From assembly GCA_963765765.1 (NCBI GenBank), contig CAVXYC010000014.1, positions 318,590-382,589 on the forward strand: a stretch of 64,000 bases of DNA. The letters run 5' to 3'. This document shows, one piece after another, positions 9,775-21,663 of this stretch. Numbering within the stretch: position 1 is the stretch's first letter; each line of letters opens with the position of its first letter. The stretch comes from an uncultured Chloroflexia bacterium. GTDB taxonomy: Bacteria > Chloroflexota > UBA6077 > JACCZL01. The translations under genes and the position numbers were made by a program. Under the pieces are notes generated by a model. It made no database searches and was not told the DNA's origin. It worked only from the letters and a program-made list of their open reading frames with translations.

Positions 9775-12006
9775 TCAGACGCCGACTTGAACGAGTCCAA
9801 GCTCAATTGCCCGGACCGCGGCCTGAGTTCGATCCACCACGTCCAGCTTGGGAAACAATCGCCCCAGGTGGTTGCGAACTGTCCCCGTACTCAGGTGAAG
9901 CCGAGACCCAATCTGCTGATTTGTCAGCCCTGAGGTCAACATGGCCAGAATCTCCACCTCCCGACGAGTGAGCTGACCGGCAATTGCCGCTGCATCCTCA
10001 TCTCGATGCGCCTGCTCTCGCTGTTCAACGAAGAGCTCAGCCACCATCTGCTGGTGCCGTTTCTCCTGCTCCACGAGCTCTTGCCGGAGCGCTGTACACT
10101 CATCGCGCGTGCGCTCCAGCTCGGTGACGTCATGTGCGACTACCAGGACGGATATCGGCGTCACTCCAGTTGAGATGTCCGGGATGAACCGCACACGATG
10201 CGATCGCAGCCCCCGTGAGGTCGTCAGATGGAGATCACACTGCCGTTCACGTCCACTTCTTAAGACTGCTCGTATGCCAACGCGCCAGCTTTCCACCTGC
10301 TGAGGAGGAATGACTCCCAGCTCTCCCAGAGACTGACCAAGAAGGGCATCACTCTCGATGCCGGTTTCGAGTGTGAACGCGACGTTTGCGTAGTCGCAGC
10401 GCAGGTCCGCGTCGAGTCGAGTAACTAGCTCTGGCGCATGCTCAATGGACGCCTCTGTGAAGTACTCTAGGTTCCGTCGCTCGATAGCTGAGCCGATCAG
10501 ATGAGCCGCTGAACCGATGAGCTGCAAATCTGCATCAGAGAACTCCCTCGCGCGTTGAAGATACACGCCGAGCAGTCCATAAGGACGACCTGAGACGATG
10601 ACCGGCGCCACAACCCCGCACTCGGCCTTAACTTCACGCAGGAAGCTGCTGAAGAGCGAGCCGACTTCCGTAGTGTCGACAGCTGAAATGACCACCGGAG
10701 TCGTGGCACGCATCGGGAGCGCCATAAGCGTAGCCTTGACGTCCCTGAAAAGAGCCTTCCCGACCCTCCGCTCGTCAATGCCCACGCCGGCCTCAAGGAT
10801 GAGCGCCTCGCCATCTGGTGCAAGACGCAGTAGATGGGCCGCATCTGCATGGAGGACGTCGCCGAGAATCATGGTGGCCGCGTCGAACAATCGGCTGAGG
10901 TCTCCTCCGGCGGCAGCGAGACTTTCAAGATCGGCACAGGCGGACAATTGGCGCTCGAGCAAGGTCACTGCCGCGGTGAGCTGCGCATGATCGGCGCGCC
11001 TGGACTCAACCGCTTCGGAAGCACCTCGCGACGGATGCACCGTTACATCGGTGGCGACACCTCGGTATCCGCTGAATTTGCCTTGCCCGTTAAAGACCGG
11101 CTTGCCACTCAGGCTAAATGTGGCCAGAGCGCCATTGGCTCCGGGAACATAGATTCGGAAATCTCGAAATGGGCGGTGTGCTTGTAGCTCATCAGTAAGT
11201 GACCATCCCTCGCCGGCGGTGAGATGGACTCCCGCCTCCTCGAGCGTTCGGCCAAGCTGCCAGATCGGTTTGTTGGTCGCGCTACCTGGACCTATGGACG
11301 AGACCCAGCTGAAGCGGAAGTTCTCATCCTGCTCCCAGAGTACGTCCGCGACGGCCTCGACCGCGTCCCGATGAAGTATTTCTCTCCGCTCCAGCTCATC
11401 GGCGTGCGAGCCGGCGCTCTTCAGCCGCAGCGCATCGTAGAACTGGCCCGCCACGGCATGTGCCAGGCTCATCAGATTGATCTCATCGTCGCGGCTGAAG
11501 GCAGAAACGTCCGGACTCGCAGCGAAGACTACTCCAACGGCTCCGGTAAGGGTCACGAGTGGGGCACCGATCCAGGCACGTGCCGACGCTCCCAGCGCGA
11601 TATCGCAATCAGCAAAGCGGGGATCGGCCCGCACGTCAGTAAGCTTCAGGGCACGCGCACTCCGCAGCACCGTGAGAAGAAGTCCTTCGTGAGCCGGGCA
11701 ATCATTGGCAAGGACTCCAAACGAACCGCGTCCGGCCACGATCTCGAGCTCGCTCGTAGCATCGTTAAGGAGAGCCAGCGCAACCGTATCCACGCCCAGC
11801 AGCTCGTCAACGACGTCCAGGAGGCGCTCTGCTCGAGCCGACAGAGCTAGCTCGCCCCCAATGCGCTGCGCTGCACGAAGCAGAATGTCGGCCACGGAGC
11901 GCTGCCGCGTGCCCTCAGTAGTTGCAGTTATAGAAAGCACGTTGTCCAGCTCGAGATCCTGGGAATCAGGTTGGCTGCGTGCGGCGATCTTGTTCTTAGC
12001 GCTCAT
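9775..12006 (-). CDS. GAF-PAS-GAF-PAS-LuxR one-component regulator
   Basis: two GAF-like and two PAS-like segments, coiled coil, C-terminal LTRREVEILAMLTSGLTNQQIGSRLHLSTGTVRNHL. Confidence 0.9.
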   Translation of the reverse strand: MSAKNKIAARSQPDSQDLELDNVLSITATTEGTRQRSVADILLRAAQRIGGELALSARAERLLDVVDELLGVDTVALALLNDATSELEIVAGRGSFGVLANDCPAHEGLLLTVLRSARALKLTDVRADPRFADCDIALGASARAWIGAPLVTLTGAVGVVFAASPDVSAFSRDDEINLMSLAHAVAGQFYDALRLKSAGSHADELERREILHRDAVEAVADVLWEQDENFRFSWVSSIGPGSATNKPIWQLGRTLEEAGVHLTAGEGWSLTDELQAHRPFRDFRIYVPGANGALATFSLSGKPVFNGQGKFSGYRGVATDVTVHPSRGASEAVESRRADHAQLTAAVTLLERQLSACADLESLAAAGGDLSRLFDAATMILGDVLHADAAHLLRLAPDGEALILEAGVGIDERRVGKALFRDVKATLMALPMRATTPVVISAVDTTEVGSLFSSFLREVKAECGVVAPVIVSGRPYGLLGVYLQRAREFSDADLQLIGSAAHLIGSAIERRNLEYFTEASIEHAPELVTRLDADLRCDYANVAFTLETGIESDALLGQSLGELGVIPPQQVESWRVGIRAVLRSGRERQCDLHLTTSRGLRSHRVRFIPDISTGVTPISVLVVAHDVTELERTRDECTALRQELVEQEKRHQQMVAELFVEQREQAHRDEDAAAIAGQLTRREVEILAMLTSGLTNQQIGSRLHLSTGTVRNHLGRLFPKLDVVDRTQAAVRAIELGLVQVGV

Positions 12007-12551
12007 AGTGACTCTCCCTGTCTCTACACGCCACTGCTCTCAACTCTTCCAGCCCCCGCTCCTGACCATTCAGTGAGACAGCGACCATGAAAGACACTCA
12101 AGACAGGGCTGTGAATTAGGTCTCCGTTAAAGGGTCTTCGTTCGACGAGCTCCGCCGCCTCTTGCGAAGTCCGCCGGGCCCTTGCGACTAGACTATTCCT
12201 CCGTCACGAGCGCCAGTGAGGTCCAGAATGGTGCACATACGGAGCAAATTGTTAAGACGCGACGGGTAAATCTTAAAATGTGACATGAATGTGCCATTTG
12301 GCATGCGTGCGTAGTGCCGGTGAGGGTGACTTTCCAGCAGGATTAAAGCGGCATCCATCAGCCTCGGCCCGATAATTCGTCATCAAGGGCGCACAGCGGA
12401 TGTGCCCCATGGCATCGCCAGAGTAGTGACGGCTGGTATCTCGGCTGCTCCCGGCGCGTTTTAGACTCCACACCCAGAGAGCCCCTCAAGCGGGTCTTGG
12501 CGACCCATGAATCTAGAGGCTCTGGCTAACGCTGTTGGAGGTGGAACTAGG

Positions 12552-13693
12552 ATGACGCTGAAACGCCCCGGCTTCCTGATAATTACATCGCTCGTGGCCC
12601 TGGCCATCGTTCTTTCTTCCTGCGGCGGCTACGCGCTCGGATCTCAGGGCTCGTCTGCTCCGGCCCTCAGGCCGCTCCTTCGGGCAAGCCCGCCAGCGGT
12701 CCTGAGGTCAACGGAGTGATCAGCGGAGTGGCGGAAAAGGTGCGCCCGGCGACGGTGCTCGTACAGAACCTGGCGGTTGCACCACGCGATTCATCGCAAG
12801 CCATCGGAGGTGGCCTTGTCCCGCGAGGGCTCGGCACCGGGTTCATTTACGATGAAGGCGGCTTTATCATCTCCAATCACCACGTGGTTGACGGCGCCGT
12901 TCGCCTGCGGGTAGTCCTTCCACCCCCGGACAATCGGCAGTTTGACGCGCGCTTGCTCGGCTCTGACCTCCAGACTGACCTGGCCGTCATGAAGATCGAC
13001 GGCGAGCGTCTTCCAACTGTCCCGCTCGGAAATTCCGAAGATCTCAAAGTTGGTGAGTGGGTCGTCGCGGTAGGCAACGCCCTGGGTCTGCCCGGGGGTC
13101 CAACGGTTACGGCTGGAGTTGTAAGTGCTCTGGCGCGTGAAGTACAGGAGCCATCCCAACAAGGCACCGCCGGCCCAACCCTTTACAGCCTCATTCAGAC
13201 TGACGCGGCCATCAATCCTGGCAACTCTGGGGGACCGCTGGTCGATCTCAGCGGCTCGGTCATCGGCGTAAATACGCTGGGCTCGTCGGAGGCCAACAAT
13301 ATCGGGTTCGCGATCTCGATTGGCCCGGCAAAAGCCATTGTGGAGCAGCTTCGACAGAATGGTCGTGTTGCCCGAGGATACCTTGGGATCGGGGCCGCGA
13401 GCGTCAATGAAGCGATCAGAGGAGCGCTTAGTCTGCCCCAGGCCAATGGTGTGGTGGTCAACGACGTTCAACCGGGCGGGCCCGCGGCAACCGGCGGACT
13501 GAGGCCCGGCGATGTGATTGTTGGCCTTGGCGACACAGTCATAAATGACCGATCGGACCTGGAGCGTGCCCTTTCGACACAATACAAGCCAGGCGACGCG
13601 GTCGCTGTGAAAGTGCTGCGGGATGCCCGAGAGCAGACCCTCCAGGTCCGCCTCGGTGACCGGCCTGCTCCTCCTGCTCCTCCATCACGCTAA
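12552..13693 (+). CDS. htrA: HtrA/DegP-family trypsin-like serine protease with PDZ domain, probable lipoprotein (frameshift ~12660-12715)
   Basis: LAIVLSSC lipobox; catalytic motifs SNHHVV, DLAV, IQTDAAINPGNSGGPL; C-terminal PDZ. Confidence 0.88.
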
Positions 13694-13807
13694 CGGAGTG
13701 CCAGTCATTCCGAACCATCGCCAACGAAGCCAATGGACTTATTGAAGGTCCATTGGCTTCGTTCAGCGAAGATAAAAGGTCGTTGGTGCCGAGTGCCTTG
13801 AGACACT

Positions 13808-14290
13808 CCATGCGCTCGAGCGCACCGACACGCCCTGAATAGCGGCATCGATGCTCGATGCGAGTGACCGTGTCATGCCGAGGCTCGAGGCATCTCCCGG
13901 ACATCGACGAAACCGATAGCGAAGCAAATGGGGCGACCTAGATCACGCGTGCTCCGACATCCAGCAGATACCTCGTCCCTCTCGTGAACACCTCCGCCGG
14001 CTGGTCCGTCAATCACCGCATCCGTGTCATCCTGAGCCGCAGCGAAGGATCTTGCCCGCCGGTGCCCAGGATACCGATGGTGAGATCCTTTGCGGCTCAG
14101 GATGACCCGACGCGGTGATTAAGAGAGGAATGCTCGAACCGGCGACTGGAGCCAGGTCGGTGCTCGAAGCGGCCGGACGACATCATCGTCAGTGGCTCCC
14201 GAGGTCCGGAAGACCCCACGTCTCTCGGGATGACAAGCGGCCGGCAGCGGAAACGAGCTCGGCGACAGTGTGTTCATCAGAGCGAGTCAC
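13808..14290. repeat. REP mosaic; inverted copy of 2193-2486 plus direct copy of 2132-2192
   Basis: 13808-14097 is the reverse complement of 2193-2486 with scattered mismatches; 14224-14283 matches 2132-2192 in direct orientation. Confidence 0.85.
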
Positions 14291-14296
14291 CCGAAC

Positions 14297-15437
14297 TTAG
14301 TTGTCGTTGCGGTCCTCGCTAGGTTCGGATCCTTCGCCGAGGAGCTCGGCGACCATTCGATCAGTGAGCCGCTGCTGGACAACGACTCCGCCGAGTACAG
14401 ACAGGGCCTCTTGCAATGGAGTAACCCAGTCTGATTGCACGACAAGTAAGATGCCGGACTTGCCCGGCTGTAGCCGTTCAGCCATGGCCTTCAGGAACGA
14501 ATCGTCGAAACCGCGGTCGACAATTTTGCCAGCGATAGCGCCAGCACCCGCTCCCAACGCTGGTGCCGCGACGAGCCCCAAGCCACCCGTGATGAGACCG
14601 AGGACGCCACCGAGGACTGCACCGCCCAGCGCGCCGCCCTTGGGATCCAGATCTTGACGCTCTTTTACCGTTGTCTTGCCGTCCTGTTCCTTGACCAGCA
14701 CAGCGCCGCTGTGGATCATCAACGAGCCGCGTTGAATCAGACCTTTGACAAAGTCCATGGCGTCATTTGCGCCTCCCGGATCGTCGAATACGATGCCAAC
14801 CATCTCCAGGTCCACACCCGCCCAGGTGCCATGGTCAGCTCGCGCCGGGACCGATGGAAGTGAGTCGAGTGCCTTGCGATCAAGCTTGATGTGAACGGTG
14901 CTCTCGGTGACGTACTTGATTACCGAAAGAGGGCAGAGTGATCTCTTTGCCGCTGCGTATCAGCGTCAAGTGGGTCACCTCAGCGGTGCCGCGCTCAACA
15001 ACCAGCTCGGTTACAAGCCCAGCCTCGCCATCGGTCGCCTCCACCATGGTCCCTGACCGAATCGCGATCTCCCCTTCGGGTATTCGCTCCACCTCGTCCG
15101 TGACGTAGTAAGTCTCTAGGGGCATTGGCCCCATGGTGAAGCTCGGATCGATCGCCGCATAGTGCGAGTGGGGGACGTTGACTTGTCGAACCTGCTCCTC
15201 GGTAAACGGCTCTAGCTTGTCGAGATCCGCTGCCGTGCAGTGCAGCAACACGGTTCCACTATCCGTGCGGGATACCAGATCCACAGGAACCAGCCGGGGC
15301 GCTGAGCTCGGATTATCCGGACCTCGAACGGCAACATGGGTCACCCTGCGGCTCAAGGGGTTGACCACGACCGCCACCATGTCGCCTTGTTTCCCGTCCG
15401 TGAGCTCAACCCTGGCATTTACTGGCGTACTCGCCAT
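14297..15437 (-). CDS. PRC-barrel + DUF1269 fusion protein (single frameshift at ~14932)
   Basis: GGAGG RBS + ATG at 15437; two PRC-like repeats; removing one C gives TLPLSVIKYV...HGTWAGVDLEMVGIVF in frame with the Gly-zipper DUF1269 domain. Confidence 0.75.
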
Positions 15438-15748
15438 GTCACCCTCCACCAGCACCCGTGCCATTCAGCGACTTCTGCGCGCCCGTGTGCAGATTCGACG
15501 ACCACAGTCTAGGCGTGTCAGAAAGGCGTTCAGATGACAGACGTCACTTGGTAACAGGTGTCGCCTTGTCAAATGGCACCCCTTCGGCGTACCGTATCGA
15601 TACGCCATTTGACCGATGACGGCCGTGGGATCCACCAGTTGGAACTTTCGGCCCATTCCATGCGTTTGACTATGCGGAGATTGGAAAGGGAAGGTTCGCA
15701 TTGACGCGCGGGCCACAATGCCCACGCTAAGGCTAACCAGGGACGCCG

Positions 15749-16027
15749 ATGATTAACTACGAGGACAAAGACGCCCTTATAGAGAACTTTCGGGCAGCGC
15801 TTCACAAGGCGGAGGACACCCCGTCCGAAGAGGCCGTTGTAGAATTGCGATTGGCCGCGGCTCCCATAATGGACAAGCTCCGCGCGGAGTATCGGGCTGC
15901 CGGAAATACAGATGTCGATTGCACCGCGATGTTCCGCTGGCTTCGGTTAAAGCTGGCGCAACGGGACGCGGCTGCTAATGAGACGCGCGAAACATCCCTG
16001 AGCCCGCAATTGGCAAAGTTCAACTGA
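15749..16027 (+). CDS. hypothetical protein (92 aa)
   Basis: GGGA upstream of ATG; helical, protein-like composition. Confidence 0.4.
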   Translation: MINYEDKDALIENFRAALHKAEDTPSEEAVVELRLAAAPIMDKLRAEYRAAGNTDVDCTAMFRWLRLKLAQRDAAANETRETSLSPQLAKFN

Positions 16028-16499
16028 TCGCCTGAGTTAGTTGGGCACCGCCCAACTCCGATCTCCCGATATGCGCCATGCGTCCCGGCGCACCGGGAGC
16101 CATGAACACCGAGGTTAGTGCGGCCGTCACCGGTCGGCCGCCGGATCCGGGTGCCCGGCGCCCCTCTGTGGTAATCCCAGGGGCTCATCCTGAGCTCGTT
16201 GACAGCACTGCCGTCCTGCGCTGCCCAAACCGTGGTTAATCGGTCGGCAGCGTCGACTCCGTACCCAAAATTCGTCCAACGATTTCGTCGGCCAAATGAT
16301 GCCCGGAGACACCAGGGGACGGTGCCATCTGGCATCTCCAATTCCGCGGACACCATAGGATACTGAGCGCGAGTCGAGGTCCATAATTCGTGGATGTGGG
16401 CCAGGCCCCCAGATCTAAGTCGGGGGTGGGCACGGTAGGGTGGTAGCTGCTGTGTCACTGGACGCCGACGTTGACAAACTCTACGGAGGTAGGTTGGAC

Positions 16500-16985
16500 A
16501 TGGCGGAACTTGTGGTGTTGGGATTCAAGGACATGACCACGGCCGACGCGGCCATAGCCGAGATAGAAAACTTGCAGCGCGAAGCGCTTCTATCGATTGC
16601 CGATTGGGCGCGAGTCATTCGTCGACCAGACGGCAAGGTTGACATCAAGCAGAGCTCAAATACGGCGGCCGCGGGCGCCCTCGGGGGCACATTCTGGGGC
16701 TTGCTGTTCGGTCTGATCTTTTTCGTACCGATCGCTGGCATGGTAGTAGGCGGCGTGATGGGCGGGGTCATGGGAGCACTGACTGACGTCGGCGTCGATG
16801 ACAAGATGATCAAGGAGCTTGGCCAAAAAATCGCCCCCGGCACATCTGCGCTCTTCGTCTACGTCATCGAGGCAACTGGGGACAAAGTCGCCGAGCGGAT
16901 GAAGCAATATCAGCCAGAAGTATTACGCACCTCATTGTCTCACGATGCCGAGGAAAAGCTGAAACAGAACCTCGCCTCCGCCTGA
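16500..16985 (+). CDS. DUF1269 family membrane protein
   Basis: MAELVVLGF...GALGGTFWGLLFGLIFFVP...DVGVDDKMIKE...PGTSALF...VLRTSLS. Confidence 0.9.
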   Translation: MAELVVLGFKDMTTADAAIAEIENLQREALLSIADWARVIRRPDGKVDIKQSSNTAAAGALGGTFWGLLFGLIFFVPIAGMVVGGVMGGVMGALTDVGVDDKMIKELGQKIAPGTSALFVYVIEATGDKVAERMKQYQPEVLRTSLSHDAEEKLKQNLASA

Positions 16986-17091
16986 GGCCCCCGATCGAAC
17001 TGAGTTGAGGATGCGGCACTTCACTGCCGCATCCTTTTCTGCGCATCCGTCCGAGCCACGCTGTGTACGAGGATCTCCAAGATGACTTCCA

Positions 17092-17601
17092 ATGATCGAA
17101 CAAGGTGAAGCTCCTCACCGATACCTCGTTAAAGAGGCCCGAGTGGCCGTAGGGCACGACTACGTTATCGAGCGACATCATGGCGGCCTGGCATACAAAG
17201 TGGACGGGACATTGCTCCGCATTCCTGAGGCGCTGACCCTGAACGATCCCGAAGGCCATGAGGTGCTCGAGATACATGGCACATTTCTCGATGTGACGGA
17301 TGTGATGCACGTCTCTCGTCACGATCACACACTGGCCACGATACGAAAGAGGAGCTCGGATGACCTACACGTGGAGTATGCGGCCGAGCTACCAAAACAT
17401 GCGCCCGTACACGTGTCAGGCAAGCCCGAAGACCGCGCGTACCGACTGATCCAGGAAGGCCGCACCATCGCCACCACGTCCAAAGCGTGGGTGCCACTCG
17501 GCAAAGGCTACCGTGCTGACATCGAGGCTAGTCAGGACGATGCACTTGTGCTCGCTATCACGGTATGCCTTGACGTGATGTCAAGGCCCGTCGTGAAGTG
17601 A
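17092..17601 (+). CDS. LURP-one-related / scramblase-like (YxjI-type) protein
   Basis: RYLVKE...VGHDYVIE...AYKVDG...DDALVLAITVCLDVM signature. Confidence 0.8.
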   Translation: MIEQGEAPHRYLVKEARVAVGHDYVIERHHGGLAYKVDGTLLRIPEALTLNDPEGHEVLEIHGTFLDVTDVMHVSRHDHTLATIRKRSSDDLHVEYAAELPKHAPVHVSGKPEDRAYRLIQEGRTIATTSKAWVPLGKGYRADIEASQDDALVLAITVCLDVMSRPVVK

Positions 17602-17664
17602 TGTCACGAGCATAGGTTCGCGATTTCGAGCGTTGTCCCGTTCGGACACCGCCCGGCCGACGTA

Positions 17665-18672
17665 TCAGTCAGCGTCGACTTTGGGTCCCGAAACCGCGAG
17701 ACGGATGGCTATCTCGTCATTCGCTATCTCATCAGTAGAAGAGCCGTCACTCAAAAGCTCCAGCACTTCTAGCTCGCGAAGGGTGAGCAGGTCGGAAAGA
17801 CAGTCCGACTTTTCGTTCTGGTAGCAGATTCCCATATTACACTCACGGCTCGAATTCGAGCAATCTGGAATGCGCGGACCGGATAGCGGTTCCCGCGCAG
17901 CTTCCCACGAGCCACCTGGCGGGACCGACTTCCTGGTGAGCCAGTCCCGTACGTTAGCGCGAAGCTCAGTCACACCAAATGGCTTGAGCAAATAATCAGT
18001 AACCCCAGGGACGCTCTCGCGCGAAGTTTGGTCTCATGGCCCTGGGCCGTCATCAAGACAATCGGCACATCTGTAAGTCGAGGGTTAAGGCGTAAGGTCC
18101 GGCAGGCGTCCAATCCGTCCATGACAGGCATCTGCAAGTCAAGAAGAATGAGATCAAACTGACCGTCCGTCGCCAGATCAACTGCCTCCGCGCCGTCCCG
18201 CGCGCGTACGACCGTCGTATCCCTGGTGCCGCAATGCGGACTCGATCATCTTCGCCATGATGTCATCGTCATCAGCAATCAGGATTTGCGCGGACACTTC
18301 TGCTGAGCTCCGCATGGGTGGCACAGCTGGTTCGGCCGCAGCAACGCGCGAGTCGGCGAAAGCACGCTCGAGCTCACCACGCAACCTGGCCGCGAGCACT
18401 CGTCCTTGTCCACGCCGTCCTCGATCCATCTGCAGAAGACCCTCGAGCTCACCGGCAATGTCCGCGGCCTCGGTGAGTCCGAACATATCGAGCGATCCAG
18501 CCAATTTGTGTGCTTCTCGCTGCGCTTCGTTGCTCTGATGTTCCTCACGTTGTGGCGTGGGCTCCGGGAGCAGCGCTTGATCAATCACAGCCAGGCGCTC
18601 ATGGATCATGTCCCGGGCCGCCACCAGCAAACTAGCGATTGCGGGGTCAAGCGGAGGAGTGGGCTCTCCCAT
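17665..18672 (-). pseudogene. Hpt + response-regulator receiver protein with partial LuxR tail (frameshifted)
   Basis: Hpt EAHKLAGSL; REC ILIADDD...DLILLDLQMPVMDG...DYLLKPFG spread over several frames; LLTLRELEVLELLSDG tail. Confidence 0.75.
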
Positions 18673-18897
18673 ACTTTTTCGACCTTCGATGTCTAGATGC
18701 ATGATCTGGGTCTTTCATCAGGCGCAGACGAAGCCCCGCTACGATAGCCGTCTCGCATCAAGGTCTCGTTTGACCTAGCATATGCCCGCAAAGCTAACGC
18801 TGTCGTCCGCCCGTTGCTCTATTAGCAGGTCTTCAGATGATGCAGCCCGCGCTCATACATTTGTATGAGACGCAAGCTACACACACCAATGAGCGTA

Positions 18898-19560
18898 CTA
18901 ATGGATCAAGCCGAGCTTGGTGGCCATTGCCACGGCCTCGAGACGGCTATGCGCATCGAGCTTTGCGAGTATGGCACTCACGTGGGTTCGAATCGTGGCC
19001 AAGCCAACACCGAGCTGCTCACACATCGAGCGCGTATCGAAGCCGTCCGCCATCAGGTTCAGCACTTCAAGCTCGCGCGTACTGAGTCGCTCCAGGTAGC
19101 GATCCTTTTCAGCATCTCGTTGACGTCGTCCGCGCAATGCAACCATGAGGCGCGTCATGGTCACTGAGGGAATTAAGATCTCCCCCGCGGCCGCCTGGTG
19201 AATGGCCTCGCCAACTTCGCGGATGCCGGTGCTTTTGAGCAGAAACCCGCTCACCCCAGCTTCAAGCGCTGCAAGTAGCGCCTCATCGGAGTCGTCCCGA
19301 GTCAACATGACGATCGGCGTACCCGGCAGCTCCTTGGACAACGCCGCCGAGGCCGCCGCACCAGTCATGTCGGGAAGATGGTGATCCATCAGAATCACAT
19401 CCGGGTGCTCGCGACTTGCTAGCTCGATTCCATCTTTCCCTGTATGGGCTACACCGACGATGGAGATGGCTTCATCGGCCTCCCAGAGCTGGCGGAGCGC
19501 GTCTGCAAGTACAACGTCGTCGTCCACGATAGCTATCCGTGTACGACGGCTATTCGTCAT
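18898..19560 (-). CDS. NarL/FixJ-family response regulator (REC + LuxR HTH)
   Basis: IAIVDDD, DVILMDHHLPD, GFLLK, LSTRELEVLNLMADG; start overlaps the kinase stop. Confidence 0.95.
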   Translation of the reverse strand: MTNSRRTRIAIVDDDVVLADALRQLWEADEAISIVGVAHTGKDGIELASREHPDVILMDHHLPDMTGAAASAALSKELPGTPIVMLTRDDSDEALLAALEAGVSGFLLKSTGIREVGEAIHQAAAGEILIPSVTMTRLMVALRGRRQRDAEKDRYLERLSTRELEVLNLMADGFDTRSMCEQLGVGLATIRTHVSAILAKLDAHSRLEAVAMATKLGLIH

Positions 19561-21663
19561 TTGGCGACTGTCTCACGAAGTCTCTGTCCTGCGATGCGCT
19601 CGGAGCTAGCGTCACTCGCCTGTGGCTCTTGAATCGGCAATGTGACATGGAATGTAGAACCGCGTCCTGGCTCACTCTCCGCCCATGCCCAGCCACCGTG
19701 GAGCTCAGCGATTTGCCGCACAATTGGCAGGCCCAGTCCGATCCCTTTGATGCCGCGATGTCGCCCAGATTCAACGCGAGCGTAGCGTTCAAATATCGCC
19801 TCTTGCGATTCCGGCGGGATACCGAGCCCTTCGTCAGTGACCCATAGATGTAGATGGTCGCCTTCCTCTTTAGCGCCAATGGAGATCACCCCACCGTCTG
19901 GCGAATACTTGATGGCGTTACTGATGAGGTTAGCCAGGATCTGGGCCAGCTTATCGGGATCAACTAGGATCGACCCAGTGGATGGCTCTATGGAAGTCTG
20001 AAAAGTGTGGCCGCTGATGCTTGGCCCGGCCTGTTCAACCACATCACTGACGATCATCTCCAGATTAACCGCGCCCAGATGCAGATCGACCCTGCCGAAC
20101 TCGAGTCGGTCGAGATCCAGCAGGTCATCTAACAGCCGCCCCAGTCGTTGAGCCTCGGAGCAGATGATACTGGCGTATTCGAGCACGTCCGAGGAGTCAA
20201 GCCGATCGTCGCGGATCATCTCGCTGAAACCTCGAATAGTGCCGAGCGGAGTACGGACTTCGTGAGACATGACCGAGAGAAATTCGCTCTTAGCGTCATT
20301 CAGCTCGGCAAGCTGCTCGTTCCTCAGGCGTAAGGCGGCTTCGCTGGCGACTAAGGCGGCGGCGCCTCGTTGATCGGTGACGTCCTGCATGATGGCCATG
20401 CCCGCGACATCACCTTCCTGGTCGATCGGAAGGACGTGCATGTTGTAGATGCGATCGGCGTATTCCAGATCGAAAGACGCCTGATTGCCGCCAAGCGCCT
20501 CACGAAAGCGTGGAGCTAATATAGCAACGATTTCGGGTGGAAACACTTCCCAGACCGACTTGCCCTCCACCGACTTCCCGGAAAGTCCAAGCTCTGGGAG
20601 TCCCTGGCCATCGGCGATCACCTGCTGCAGGTCTGAACCGAAGAGCAGCACGATGCCGTTCGGGAAATTGCTCACGACGGCGCGGTATCGCTGCTCACTT
20701 TGCTCCAGGCTCGTGCGAACGTTCCGACGCTCAAGGCCCAATATAGCCAAACAAAACAGGGGTACACCGACTCCCAGAAGAAAGAGCTGCAGCTCGAACA
20801 CGCTGGCATCAACGTCGAGCCCAACGAAGGGACCAAAACCGTTGACCACACCAGCGATTGCCAGCGCCGTGACCAGGGACAGGGCCAGAGACAGGCCCAG
20901 AGGGCCGAACCTCACCGCGGCCCAAATGAGCAACGGTACCTGCAGATACAGCAGCGCCGCAGTCGTGGTTGGACCCTCGATGCGGTTGCCGAACACCAGT
21001 GATCCCACGATGAGTATGGCCAGGAGTAGTGAGGCGGCCTCAATTACCCGTCGGCGCGAGCTCCGCCTGAACGCCGCGATAGCTCCCTGAGCGATGAGCA
21101 GGATCGTTGGCGCAAGCACCAGGCTCGCCAGCACGTCCCCGAGAAACCAACCCTCAAACGCCGGCCAGAAAGCGTTGCCCGCAACTGCCCTCGACGTTGC
21201 GCCCCACATAGCACCAATGACGGACCCAATTGCGACGCAGATGACGTACAACGCCCACCTCGCGCAATTGCATGAACCGCGGCGGCAGCGAAACGAATTG
21301 TCGGAGGAGAAGCGCTGCCGCGAGCGGCTCGAGAACATTCGCGACGTTGCTCACGAGGGCATACCAGCCGGGAAGGCCCGAACAGACCATCGGAAGGCTC
21401 GATGTCAATATCCATCCAGTAGCATGACCAGGTAGTACGTAGCAAGAAAGATGCACCAATGCCGGATTGGAGTCACCAGGAGCACGCACAGGATGACAGC
21501 CTGCGGTGGAAAGAATGGGTAAGGAAGCCCATTCGAGGCGGGCTAAAGCGCATAGGCGGCATAAAATCCGCGGCTTAGTCTGTAGGCGATCGAGGCGAAC
21601 AGCCCAACGAGTAGCCAGAACCACGGCTTCGCTAGGCCATGTAGATACTCAGGTAACCGCCAT
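19557..21663 (-). CDS. MASE1-PAS sensor histidine kinase (N-terminal MASE1 part frameshifted)
   Basis: MASE1-like TM region (WFLGDVLASLVLAP, PLLIWAAVRFG), PAS, SHEVRTPL H-box, NLISNAIKYSP, GIGLGL. Confidence 0.85.

Noticed and set aside
15802-16458. 218-aa minus-strand ORF
   Set aside because: No recognisable motifs and it overlaps a more plausible + strand ORF
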